Assembly: GCA_038211705.1 (NCBI GenBank)
Contig: JBBQVJ010000001.1
Location: 1 to 59,756, forward strand
DNA from: Candidatus Limnocylindrales bacterium
GTDB taxonomy: Bacteria; Chloroflexota; Limnocylindria; Limnocylindrales; CSP1-4
DNA: 59,756 nucleotides
Direction of reading: 5' to 3'
Part shown: positions 45,130 through 54,802 of the stretch, in pieces
How positions within the stretch are numbered: the stretch's first letter is position 1
Layout of the letters: each line of letters begins with the position of its first letter
Notes under the pieces: generated by a model
Seen by the model: only the letters and a program-made list of their open reading frames with translations
The model's database searches: none
What the model was told of the DNA's origin: nothing
Made by a program: the position numbers and the translations under genes

Positions 45130-46092
45130 CTACCCCTCGCCGGCCAGCGGTGCCGGTGGCGGCGGCGTGATGGCCGGGTTCCGTCGGCCATAGCCGAGCC
45201 GCCGCGCGATCGCGACGACCAGGAGCGTGATCGCCCCGACGATCAACAGGAGCGGCAGCCAGACGATGGCGAACCAGATACCGGCGGTGGCCAGGCTCTG
45301 GAGGATCGAGACGGTCGCGGCGGCGGCCTCGTCGACCACGACGGCCGGCTCCCAGCCCTTGGCCGCGGCCTGGACGGCGACGATCGGCACGTTGAAGCGC
45401 ACGGTCAGGGTCGCGTAGCCAGCCCGGTCGTTGAGGTCCTTGAGCTGTGCCGTCAGCGTCTCGATCTGGCCGCGCGTGTCGGTGAGCTGGGCCTGGACCT
45501 CGAGCACGTCGCTGATCTTGGTGGCCTTGGCGGCGATCCCCTGGAGGGCCGTCTCGCTGGCTCGAAGGTTGAGGATGCGTGCCTGCAGATCGACGACCTG
45601 GCTGGTCACCTCGATCGCGTCGGTGTGTTCGGTGACGACCTTGGTGGTCAGGCCGTTGAGCCCGCGCAGCTGATCGAGCGCCTGCTCCCAGCCCGCCGCC
45701 GGGATCCGGTAGGTGATCTCGGCCGACGGCCGATCGCCCTCGTTGCTCGTCGTCGAGGCACCGAGATAGCCACCGAGACCGGTGATCGCATCGCGAGCGG
45801 CGCGAAGGGCGGCCGGCACATCGCTGACCTCGAGATCCATCGTGCCGGTGCGGATGATCTTCGCCTCGTCGACGGCCGCGACTTGACCGCCGTTGTTGCC
45901 CTGCCCGCCGTTGTTGCCCTGCCCGGGTTCGGGTGCGGATGCTGCGGACGCCGCCGGAATGGCCCCGATCCCGTCGCCGTTACCGACGCCGACCGTGTCG
46001 AGGCCGGGGGCGGTGGCGGAGGCCGAGCCGCCGCAGGCGGCGATGAGGGTCGCGATCACGATCAGGAAGAGGATCGGACGGATGGTGCGCAT
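45130..46092 (-). CDS. DUF4349-like lipoprotein with a C-terminal TM
   Basis: Lipobox LIAACGG, a coiled-coil middle (VVDLQARILNLRASE..) and a C-terminal TM pair. Confidence 0.75.
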   Translation of the reverse strand: MRTIRPILFLIVIATLIAACGGSASATAPGLDTVGVGNGDGIGAIPAASAASAPEPGQGNNGGQGNNGGQVAAVDEAKIIRTGTMDLEVSDVPAALRAARDAITGLGGYLGASTTSNEGDRPSAEITYRIPAAGWEQALDQLRGLNGLTTKVVTEHTDAIEVTSQVVDLQARILNLRASETALQGIAAKATKISDVLEVQAQLTDTRGQIETLTAQLKDLNDRAGYATLTVRFNVPIVAVQAAAKGWEPAVVVDEAAAATVSILQSLATAGIWFAIVWLPLLLIVGAITLLVVAIARRLGYGRRNPAITPPPPAPLAGEG

Positions 46093-46269
46093 GGCTGGAC
46101 CTCCGGGGCTCGCCTCGGTCAGGCTGACCGGGGCGGCAACCCGGAGACGCCACCGCCGGGCGGCAAGTTCCTCGACCCGAGCGGACGCCACACCACACCG
46201 GCCCGAGGCGTCCAGAGCCTGACCGCCGACCCGCGCCCTGCCCGCGCCGGCCGCACGGAGGATGGCCCA

Positions 46270-47766
46270 TTGGACCGATCCATCGCCCAGCGCCTGCTGG
46301 CCACCGGCCTCGCCTTGGGGGTCCTTGCGGAACTCCTGCTCGACGGCCCAGCCTATGGCGTCAACGTCGTCATCCTCGTCGCCGTCCTGCTCGGGGCCGG
46401 CTGGCTCCTCCGCCGCCCGGAGCGCGCTCCGGACCCGCTCGATGGCTGGCTGCCCGCGACGGCTATCGTCCTCGCGGCATTCGTGGCCGTTCGCAGCGAC
46501 CCGTTCGTGGCGCTCATCGACACGCTCGTCGCCCTCGCCTTCACCGGTGCCGCATTGGTGGCCTTCTCGGGCGTGCCGGTGACCCGGCGGTCGGCGTCGG
46601 TGGTGGCCGTCCTCGGAGCGATGGCCCTTGAGGCGACGGCGGCAGGCGCGGCACGCGTCACCCGCGCGGCCCGCCCCAGGATCGGGTTCCGCAAGTCACG
46701 GATCCCGGGCTCGCTGGCAGCGCTCGGGCGCGGGCTGCTGCTGGCCCTGCCGATCGCCCTCATCTTCACGGTCCTGTTCGCATCGGCCGATCCCATCTTC
46801 GGTCGGACGCTGCGCGAGCTCCTCGGCTGGCAGATCGACCTCGGCGGGATCGGCGGCCGGCTCGTGTTCGTCGTGGCCAGTGCGTGGCTGGCGATCGGCC
46901 TGTTGTCGGTCGCGGCGGTCGGCGTCCCGGACGTCGCTCGTGCGTCCCTCGGGGCCGCCGCCCGAAGGGACATCGTCGTCCCGGCCGGGCGATTGGGGAC
47001 CGCCGAGGCGCTCGTGATCCTCGTCGTCATCGATGCCGTCATCGGCCTCTTCGTGGGCCTCCAGGTCGCCTATCTGTTCGGCGGCCAGGACACGCTCCTC
47101 GCCGCTGGTCTGACCTACAGCAACTACGCTCGGCGCGGGTTCTTCGAGCTGGTCGCGGCCGCCTGCCTGGCGGGCGCCGTCGTGGTCGTCGTCGAGGCGA
47201 CGGTCGTGCGGCGGGGCCGGCTCTACCTCGCGGCCCTCCTGGCACTACTGGGGCTGACCGCGGTCGTGCTCGTGTCGGCCGCGCTCCGGCTTCGCCTCTA
47301 CCAGGATGCCTACGGCTGGACCGAGCTGCGGTTGTATGTCCTGGCGACCATCGTGTCGCTCGCCGCGGCCCTCGTGCTCATGACCGCGCTGGCCATCGTC
47401 GACCGGATGCGCTGGCTGGGCCACGGTCTGGCGGTCATCGCCGTGGTCGCGCTCGTCGGACTCAACCTCGTCGCTCCCGCCGGGTACGTGGCCGCGCGCA
47501 ACGTGGAGCGCGTCGCGGACCCAGGCCTCGTCGCCCCGGGCGGCCATGCCGGGCTCGATGCTGCCTACCTCGGGGTCCTCCCCGACGATGCCATCCCGGT
47601 CCTCGTCGAGGCACTCCCTGGGCTGCCGGCACGCGAACGCGACGACGTGCTGGCGCTTCTGCAGGCGCGCAAGGCGGAGCTGGCCACGGATCCGGCCTTT
47701 GCCAGCCCGGCCGCCTGGAACCTAGGCCGGGAGCGGGCGCGAGCGTCCCTTTCGACGCTGCCATAG
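46270..47766 (+). CDS. DUF4153/DUF4173-like polytopic membrane protein
   Basis: Multiple TMs from LATGLALGVLAELLLDG. C-terminal soluble segment. The TTG start at 46270 is inferred; the 5' part of ORF 45625.. overlaps the divergent gene. Confidence 0.65.
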   Translation: MDRSIAQRLLATGLALGVLAELLLDGPAYGVNVVILVAVLLGAGWLLRRPERAPDPLDGWLPATAIVLAAFVAVRSDPFVALIDTLVALAFTGAALVAFSGVPVTRRSASVVAVLGAMALEATAAGAARVTRAARPRIGFRKSRIPGSLAALGRGLLLALPIALIFTVLFASADPIFGRTLRELLGWQIDLGGIGGRLVFVVASAWLAIGLLSVAAVGVPDVARASLGAAARRDIVVPAGRLGTAEALVILVVIDAVIGLFVGLQVAYLFGGQDTLLAAGLTYSNYARRGFFELVAAACLAGAVVVVVEATVVRRGRLYLAALLALLGLTAVVLVSAALRLRLYQDAYGWTELRLYVLATIVSLAAALVLMTALAIVDRMRWLGHGLAVIAVVALVGLNLVAPAGYVAARNVERVADPGLVAPGGHAGLDAAYLGVLPDDAIPVLVEALPGLPARERDDVLALLQARKAELATDPAFASPAAWNLGRERARASLSTLP

Positions 47767-47814
47767 CGCCTCGCTCGGCCGCCTCGAGTCGGCCCGGGGC
47801 GCTATCGTTGGCCC

Positions 47815-48909
47815 ATGGCATTCCCCATCGAGCCCCCGATCGAGCCCATGCTGGCGAAGGCCGCCGACGCGCTGCCCACCGACGAGGGCTGGCTGTTCGA
47901 GCCCAAATGGGACGGCTTCCGGGCGCTCGTCTTCCGGGACGGTGACGAGCTGTACACGCAGTCACGCGACCTGAAGCCGCTCGATCGCTACTTCCCGGAG
48001 CTGGCGGCCCCGCTCAAGGCGGCCCTGCCCGATCGCTGCGTCCTCGATGGCGAGGTCGTCATCGCTCGCGACGGCGCGCTTCAATTCGAGTCACTGCTGC
48101 TGCGGATCCACCCGGCCGCCTCACGAGTCAAGATGCTCGCTGAGGAGTCGCCCGCCAGCTTCGTCGCCTGGGACCTGCTGGCCCTCGGCGACGAGGACCT
48201 CCGCGCCGTGCCCCAGGTCGATCGTCGAGCGCGCCTCGAGGCCGTCCTGGGCTCTGCCGAGCCGCCCATCCACCTGACGCCGGCCACCCGCGATCGCGCC
48301 ACAGCCGTCGAATGGTTCGAGAAGTTCGAAGGCGCCGGTCTCGACGGTGTCGTCGCCAAGCGGCTCGACGCGCCGTACCAGCCCGGCAAGCGGGCGATGC
48401 TCAAGATCAAGCACCAGCGCACGGCCGACTGCGTCGTGGCGGGGTTCCGCTGGCACAAGAACGGCCCGGGCACGCACGTCGGCTCCCTCCTGCTGGGCCT
48501 GTTCGATGACGAAGGGACGCTCCATCACGTCGGCGTCACCTCGTCATTCACCTGGGATCGGCGTGCCGAGCTGGTGGACGAGCTCGCGCCGCTGCGCGAG
48601 GGCGCCCTCGACCACCACCCGTGGCGCGAATGGGCCGAGTGGGCCACGACCGGCGACGCCGACGCCTCCGGCCAACGCCTGCCGGGTGCGACCTCGCGCT
48701 GGAACCGCGGCAAGGACCTGTCCTGGGAGCCACTCCGCACCGAGCGCGTCGCCGAGGTCGCCTACGACCACCTCCAGGGCGACCGCTTCCGGCACGGGAC
48801 CACCTTCAAGCGCTGGCGCCCGGACAAGCCACCGGAGGCCTGTCGCTACGACCAGCTCGAGGAGACGGCGCCCTTCCTGCTTGGCACCATCTTCGGGACG
48901 CAGGGCTGA
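47815..48909 (+). CDS. Stand-alone ATP-dependent DNA ligase (LigC-like)
   Basis: Adenylation motif I EPKWDGFR, then motifs LDGE, FVAWDLL, GLDGVVAK and MLKIK. OB-fold C-terminus. Confidence 0.9.
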   Translation: MAFPIEPPIEPMLAKAADALPTDEGWLFEPKWDGFRALVFRDGDELYTQSRDLKPLDRYFPELAAPLKAALPDRCVLDGEVVIARDGALQFESLLLRIHPAASRVKMLAEESPASFVAWDLLALGDEDLRAVPQVDRRARLEAVLGSAEPPIHLTPATRDRATAVEWFEKFEGAGLDGVVAKRLDAPYQPGKRAMLKIKHQRTADCVVAGFRWHKNGPGTHVGSLLLGLFDDEGTLHHVGVTSSFTWDRRAELVDELAPLREGALDHHPWREWAEWATTGDADASGQRLPGATSRWNRGKDLSWEPLRTERVAEVAYDHLQGDRFRHGTTFKRWRPDKPPEACRYDQLEETAPFLLGTIFGTQG

Positions 48910-49131
48910 GGTGACCCGCGGCTCGAGCTTGTCGGGAGTGGCTGGATCAGCCGGCACTCATCGGTCGAGGACGAGGAACAGCACCAGCCAGCCAAGGAAC
49001 GCGTAGCTCGCCAGCACGAGCTCGACGTGAGTGCCGAAGGCTCGAGCCAAGGCGAAGGTCGTCGCGGCCGTGTTGGCGGCATAGAGCGCCTCCGGCCAGG
49101 CTTATGCGCGACAGGTTCTCGATCTTCGGCC

Positions 49132-51852
49132 TCATTGCTCGCGCAACTCCGCCATGACGGCCAGGCGTGCCAGCGCTCGATCGGCGATGAGGAGAGCGGT
49201 CGCCACGGCCGCGACGATCGTCCCGGCCACGAGGGCGACCGACGCGAACGGCACTGCCGGCCGATCCGCAGGCGGGTCGAACACGCCGGCCAGGATCTGG
49301 AGCAACGCGACGCCGACCAAGGCGCCGGTCAGCAACCCGGCGAGGATTCCGGCACCGCCGATGACCGCGGCCTCGCCGATCAGCGTGGCCCGCAGCTGGG
49401 CCGGCTCGGCCCCGATGGCGGTCAGCGTCGCCAGCTCGCGTCGCCGTTCTGCGATGCCGGCGAGCAGAAACAGCGCGACACCGACGGCGCCGATCAGCAC
49501 CGCGAAGGCGACATCGATCAGGACGAGGCTGGACAGGTCGACGGAGGTGATGCTGTTGGCCAGGCGGGCGGTCGTCGTCGTCAGGTCCGAGACCTGCCAG
49601 CTGTCGCCGGCCCGTTCCGAGAGGCGTCGTGCCGCGTCGCCGACGTCGCCATCTGCCTTGGCCAGGAAGAAAGAGACGCGGTCGTTGCCGGTCTGCGCGG
49701 TGACGTAGGCCTGGTTCGCGACGAGGAACGCATCCTTCGGGGCGGTCGGGAACTCAAGTGCGATGCCGGCCATCGTGAAGGTGACAGTCACGAATTTGCC
49801 GTTCGCATCGGGGACGCGGATCTTCAGGTGATCGCCCGGCACGATGCTGTAATCGGTGGCGGTCTCGGCGGAAACGAGGATGGCGTCCGGCCGCGCTTGC
49901 AGCGCCTCAAGCGCGCCGCTGGCCGTGGTTCCCTCGAAGAACCCGTCGGCGAGCGGCGCCACCGAAGCGAGCGTGCTCGCGTCGATGGCCAGCAGGTCCT
50001 GCGCCTCCGGCCCGACGAAGACGACCCGATCGACGAACGGCGTGATAGCGGCGATCCCCTGGCCGCGCAGCGTCTCCGCGACCGAGGCCGTGGCGGGTAC
50101 CGTGGGCATCGCCTTCAGGTCGGCGCCGAGCGTCAGGCCCGCATCGACCCGCTGTTGTTGGCGGTACGTGGCGTCGAACACGAGGACGCTCGTCGCGAAG
50201 CTCGTGGCCAGGGCGAGGACCACGATGGCACGTGACGCGGTGGCCGCCCGGGCGCCGAGGGCTCGGCCGGCCAGCCCGCCACCCGGTCCGAGGAGGCGCG
50301 CCATCACCCGCGACAGCCGGTCGCTGCGTCGGAGGGCGGCGGTGACGATCCGCAGCAGAAGCAGGGTGCCTCCCGACCAGAAGAGGAGCGGGGCGATGAA
50401 TGAGGTCAGCGCGAGGGTCACCGTCGGGTTGCCCTCGGCGTTGAGGACCGGATGGATGCCCGTTCCGCCAACGACCACGTAGACGACGACACCGGCCACG
50501 AGGGCGATGACGTCCAGGTAAGCGCGTCGCCAGAGAGGGTCGCGGACCCGCTGGAGCTCCTGTCGCCCGAGGCCGATCTCCTCGCGCAGCTGGTCTCGCA
50601 GCGGGATGTATGCGGCGATGGTCGCCAGCAGGGTCGTCAGGACGATGGCCACGACGCCGACCCGAAGCAGCGTCCCGGCAGGGTCCGTAGACGCCAGCGC
50701 CGGGCCGAAGAGCGCAAGCCCGACCGCCGCCCCGGCGATGACGCCGATCAGCGCGCCGAGGGCGGCCCTGACGACCGCGGCGCCCACGAACACGAGTCGG
50801 AGCTGGCCGGTGGTCGCGCCGCGCGCTCGGAGCAGCGCTGCGTGGCGACGGGTCGTGTCAGCGGTCGCGTCGGCGGCCAGTCGCGATAGAGCCAGGGCGA
50901 GGATGATCCCGGGCAGGGCCAGGAAGATGAACAGGATCTGACCCCAAACGAGGTCCGCCGCCAACGGCTCGAGTGAGGCCGCAGCGTCATCGACCACCTG
51001 GAAGGTTCCCGGCCCCTGGCGATCCAGCCGTCGCCGGACGGTATCGAGCCACTTCTGGGCCTCGACGGGATCGCCCGGCAGACGGGCGTGGTCGAGCTTG
51101 AACTGGATCTCGCGGCGCACCGCCGGGTCGGCCGCGAAGACCGGTCCGGTCGCGTTCGATCCGACCGCCGGCGCGCTCGAGTCCACGGCGGTCGCACCGG
51201 CCGGGATCCTGGGGAGGACGAGCTGTTCGAGGTCCGACCGCGCCATCACCGCCACGTTGGCCGGCGGGTTCGCGCCGGCCGCACGGTGGGCAACGTCGAT
51301 CGGACCCAGAAGCAGGTCCGCGCCCGTCGTCGAGACGACGCCCGAGACGACGAGGCTCACCGAGCCGCCGCCCGGCAGCGTGAAGGCGAGCTGGTTCCCC
51401 GGGACCGCGCCGAGGTTGGAGGCGAGGTCGCGGCTGATGAGGATCTTGCCCGGCGCGGGGTCGCCGGACGACACGCCGAACAGACCCGTTGCGGTGTCGT
51501 AGCCGGGCTCGATGCCGACGAGGACCCCTGTGCTCGTCTGGGTCGCCGTCCCGGCTATGTCGAGCGCCGCGGCGTCGAAGTGGACGAGATCGAACCGATA
51601 GGTGGCCTTGACGTCGGGGTCGGCCGCCAGGATCTCCTGGGCAGCGGCCGCGCCGGCGCCGGGGGCAAGGACGGCCTGCGCGTCGATGCTGACATCGGCC
51701 AGCGCGCGGCGAGTCACGGTCGCGCCCGAGGCCGACCCGAAGAGCAGCACGCTGGTGATCAGGGCGGACGCCATCGCGACGCCCACCAGGGCTGCCAGGC
51801 TGCGCCCCGGCTCGCGCAGGACGAGGCGGACCGCGTGGCCGAGGAACGGCAT
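49132..51852 (-). CDS. ABC transporter permease with tandem FtsX/MacB-type modules (906 aa)
   Basis: Two 4-TM FtsX-like blocks, each preceded by a large extracytoplasmic domain. Stop/start overlap with the ATPase remnant. Confidence 0.85.
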   Translation of the reverse strand: MPFLGHAVRLVLREPGRSLAALVGVAMASALITSVLLFGSASGATVTRRALADVSIDAQAVLAPGAGAAAAQEILAADPDVKATYRFDLVHFDAAALDIAGTATQTSTGVLVGIEPGYDTATGLFGVSSGDPAPGKILISRDLASNLGAVPGNQLAFTLPGGGSVSLVVSGVVSTTGADLLLGPIDVAHRAAGANPPANVAVMARSDLEQLVLPRIPAGATAVDSSAPAVGSNATGPVFAADPAVRREIQFKLDHARLPGDPVEAQKWLDTVRRRLDRQGPGTFQVVDDAAASLEPLAADLVWGQILFIFLALPGIILALALSRLAADATADTTRRHAALLRARGATTGQLRLVFVGAAVVRAALGALIGVIAGAAVGLALFGPALASTDPAGTLLRVGVVAIVLTTLLATIAAYIPLRDQLREEIGLGRQELQRVRDPLWRRAYLDVIALVAGVVVYVVVGGTGIHPVLNAEGNPTVTLALTSFIAPLLFWSGGTLLLLRIVTAALRRSDRLSRVMARLLGPGGGLAGRALGARAATASRAIVVLALATSFATSVLVFDATYRQQQRVDAGLTLGADLKAMPTVPATASVAETLRGQGIAAITPFVDRVVFVGPEAQDLLAIDASTLASVAPLADGFFEGTTASGALEALQARPDAILVSAETATDYSIVPGDHLKIRVPDANGKFVTVTFTMAGIALEFPTAPKDAFLVANQAYVTAQTGNDRVSFFLAKADGDVGDAARRLSERAGDSWQVSDLTTTTARLANSITSVDLSSLVLIDVAFAVLIGAVGVALFLLAGIAERRRELATLTAIGAEPAQLRATLIGEAAVIGGAGILAGLLTGALVGVALLQILAGVFDPPADRPAVPFASVALVAGTIVAAVATALLIADRALARLAVMAELREQ

Positions 51853-52317
51853 CAGGCGGCCCTCGACAGGCGGCCGTCGTGCATCTGCCAGCGACGGTCG
51901 GCCCGTCCGGCGCTGCGCGGATCATGGGTGACGAGGATGAGGCTGCAGCCACGGCGCCGGACCGCGTCGACCAGCAGGTCGAGCACGAGATCACCGGTGT
52001 CGTCGTCGAGGCTGCCGGTCGGCTCGTCGGCGAGGAGGATGGCGGGCTCGATCACCAGCGCGCGGGCGACGCCGACCCGCTGGCGTTCGCCACGGCCGGT
52101 CGCTGCCGGCGATCAGCTGGAGCAGCGTGGACTTGCCGCTCCCCGATCGGCCCATGATCGCCACGACCTCGCCGGACGCGATCTCGAGGTCGATCCCGCG
52201 CAGCGCGACGGTCTCGACGTCGGCTTCGCGATAGATGCGAATGACATCGATGAGCCGGATCGCCGGGGAGGACGCGGACGACCGCAGCTTTCGAGTCCGC
52301 TGGACGGTCACGACCAC
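51852..52317 (-). pseudogene. ABC transporter ATP-binding protein with an internal deletion and frameshift
   Basis: Walker [21 protein letters not shown] is joined near 52090-52098, out of frame, to [31 protein letters not shown]. The Q-loop/helical subdomain is missing. Confidence 0.75.
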
Positions 52318-53000
52318 GTGAAGGACTCGATCATCGTGCGGAAGGCATCGACGTTGTCGACGCCATCGGGGGTTGACAGGCTGACGATCGCCAGCCCGTT
52401 GCTGCCCGGGACGTAGTAGCGGTCCACGGTCGAGGGGATCTGCTTGCCGGTCACCGGATCGGGCGGTGATGGCAGGTGGAAGACCAAATGGTCATACGTC
52501 GCTGACTTCGTCTTGACCCGGTCCTCCTTGACGAGCTTGAAGCCGGCCTGCGACCGGAGCGCGGGGAGGTCCGTACCGCTGATGTAGCTCGCGACATCGG
52601 CCTGCGGCGCGACCACGGCGACGGTCTCAGTGCTGTCTTTGTCGCGGATGATCACGCTTTCAGGAGTCGTCGTGACCTGCCAGCCCTCGACGTACTGGAT
52701 CGAGTAGCCGTGGGCGGCATTGCGATACGTCAGGAAGACCGCATTGTCGGGGACGTCGCCGGTGGTCGCGCCACCACCGATGTCAGGCGCCTGGCTCGGA
52801 CCCTCGGTCGGCTGCTCGACGGCCGGCGAATGTGACGGAGCGGTCTCGGCCGGCGACGTGCTCGGCGGGGTCGTCGGTACGGCGGGGCTCGTCGCAGACG
52901 GCACCCCGGATGGCGCAGCGGCAGTGCCGCAGGCCGCAAGGAGGATGCCCGCCACCGGCAGGAGGCTGAGCCGCAGATGTGTCGGGCTTCGGTGTCGCAT
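52308..53000 (-). CDS. Lipoprotein of unknown function
   Basis: Lipobox GILLAACG, a Pro/Ser/Thr linker and a mixed alpha/beta domain. Confidence 0.7.
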   Translation of the reverse strand: MRHRSPTHLRLSLLPVAGILLAACGTAAAPSGVPSATSPAVPTTPPSTSPAETAPSHSPAVEQPTEGPSQAPDIGGGATTGDVPDNAVFLTYRNAAHGYSIQYVEGWQVTTTPESVIIRDKDSTETVAVVAPQADVASYISGTDLPALRSQAGFKLVKEDRVKTKSATYDHLVFHLPSPPDPVTGKQIPSTVDRYYVPGSNGLAIVSLSTPDGVDNVDAFRTMIESFTWS

Positions 53001-53071
53001 CGGGACCTCGTGCTGATCGAGCCCCGCATGCCGGGACCGTCAGCGACAGGTATGCGACGCGGACATGAACC

Positions 53072-54034
53072 TCACCTGAAGCGCGGCAGGCTGACGCGGA
53101 ACCGCGAGCCTACGCCGGGCTCGCTGTCGACGGTCAATCGCCCGCCGCTCCGCTCTGTCAGGCTGCGCGCCAGCGCGAGGCCCAGGCCGGTCCCGTCTGG
53201 ACCCGCGGCGTCGGCGTGGACGCGGTAGAACGGCTCGAAGATCCGGTCCACGTCCGCCGCGGCGATCCCTGGGCCGTCGTCGGCCACGTCGAGCATGGCG
53301 TCGCGCTCCGTACCGGATGTCGTCACGTTGATCCGCGTGTCGGGCCCGCCGTAGCGTGCTGCATTGTCGAGCAGGTTGGCGAGGATGCGCCGGACGTCCT
53401 CGGAGTCGGCAGTGACCAGGAGGTCCGGGGCGAGCTCGATCCGAGTGCTGGCGGCGCGCGGGTTCGCGAGGTCGAACGTCTCGACCCCCTCTGCCACGGC
53501 CACCGACAGGTCAGATGGATCCGCCCGCGGCGCCAGCAGGCGTTCATCTGTCCGGGCCAGAAGGAGCAGGTCGTTGGTCAGCCGGGTCAGCCGATCCGTG
53601 GCGACGACCACCGAGCGTAGCGCGTCCTTGAGCTCATCCGGGCTCAGGTCGGCCTCGGCCGCGCCCTCCGCGGTCACCCGGATCGCGGCGAGCGGCGTCC
53701 GCATCTCGTGCGAGGCGTCCGCCACGAACCGCCGCTGGCGCAGATGGGCCTCGCGGATCGGCCGCAGGGTCCGGCTGGCGAGGACCCAGGCGATGACCCC
53801 GACGAGACCCACCACAGTCACGTTGCCGATCAGCAGAGCGACGCCGATCCGCTGGATCGTCGTCTGGTAGGCGAGCTCGGCCGCCTGTTCATTGGTCAGC
53901 TCCGGAGCCAGATCGAATGCCGGTGCCAGCACGACCGTGATCGCCGTGTAGAAGACGATGCTGAAGACGCCGAGCGCCAGAGCGAAGAGCGCGATGTACA
54001 GCAGCGTCAACCGGAGCCGGGCGCGGGCGAACAT
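53072..54034 (-). CDS. Histidine kinase with a minimal (intramembrane-type) sensor: 2 TM, ~35-aa loop
   Basis: FVADASHEMRTPLAAI, LLDNAARYG, DDGPGI, GTGLGLALA. Start taken at the MFARARLRL Met (320 aa). Confidence 0.85.
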   Translation of the reverse strand: MFARARLRLTLLYIALFALALGVFSIVFYTAITVVLAPAFDLAPELTNEQAAELAYQTTIQRIGVALLIGNVTVVGLVGVIAWVLASRTLRPIREAHLRQRRFVADASHEMRTPLAAIRVTAEGAAEADLSPDELKDALRSVVVATDRLTRLTNDLLLLARTDERLLAPRADPSDLSVAVAEGVETFDLANPRAASTRIELAPDLLVTADSEDVRRILANLLDNAARYGGPDTRINVTTSGTERDAMLDVADDGPGIAAADVDRIFEPFYRVHADAAGPDGTGLGLALARSLTERSGGRLTVDSEPGVGSRFRVSLPRFR

Positions 54035-54720
54035 CAACCGCCGCCGACCGCTGGTTCCTCGGCCCGGATCCTGTACCCCGCGCCGCGGACCGTCTCGATG
54101 AGGCCGTCGCGCCGGCCGCCGTCCACCTTGCGTCGCAGGCTCCGGATGTAGACCTCGACGACATTCGATCCGGCCGCGAACTCGGCGTCCCACAGGGCGT
54201 CGATGAGGCGCTCGCGACCGAAGATCTGGCCGGGATGCCGGGCCAGCAGCTCGAGCAGCGCGAACTCGCGGGCCGTCAGGCGGATCGACCGTCCTCCGCG
54301 GGTCACGCCCAGCGAGGCCGGTTCCAGCGCGAGATCGCCGACGACGATCCGGGGCGCGCTCTCCGGTGCGGTCCGGCGGCCCAGTGCCCGGACCCGAGCT
54401 CGAAGCTCGGCCATGGCGAAGGGCTTGGCGAGATAGTCGTCGGCGCCGCGATCGAGCCCGGCGACCCGATGCTCGACGCCATCGAGGGCAGTCAGCATCA
54501 GGATCGGCTCCCGATAGCCCGACGACCGAAGACGGTCGCAGACCTCGAGCCCGCTCATGCCGGGCAGGACGATGTCGAGGACCACCAGGTCGTAGTCGTA
54601 GGTCTCCGCCCAGGTCAGTGCCTCGCGCCCGTCCGCGACCGTGTCGACCGCATGGCCGTCGGCCTTGAGGGCGACGCGCACGGCGTCGGCGATAGCGGCC
54701 TCGACCTCGACGACCAGCAC
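54034..54720 (-). CDS. OmpR-family response regulator
   Basis: LVVLDIVLPGMSG, TALD, KPF, winged helix VRGAGYRI. A GTG start at 54720 is inferred. The acidic pocket reads VVEVE. Confidence 0.8.
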   Translation of the reverse strand: MLVVEVEAAIADAVRVALKADGHAVDTVADGREALTWAETYDYDLVVLDIVLPGMSGLEVCDRLRSSGYREPILMLTALDGVEHRVAGLDRGADDYLAKPFAMAELRARVRALGRRTAPESAPRIVVGDLALEPASLGVTRGGRSIRLTAREFALLELLARHPGQIFGRERLIDALWDAEFAAGSNVVEVYIRSLRRKVDGGRRDGLIETVRGAGYRIRAEEPAVGGG

Positions 54721-54802
54721 GCGCAGGGTCAGCAGCCTCCCGTACTTGGGGTGGGATCGGCATCGGTCTGCCGCACACCGATATGTCGCATCGACATGAG
54801 CC

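Noticed and set aside
45625-46269. 5' 215 codons of ORF 45625..47766
   Set aside because: They overlap the DUF4349 lipoprotein gene on the other strand and are Gly/Arg/Asp-rich. The membrane protein begins near the TTG at 46270.
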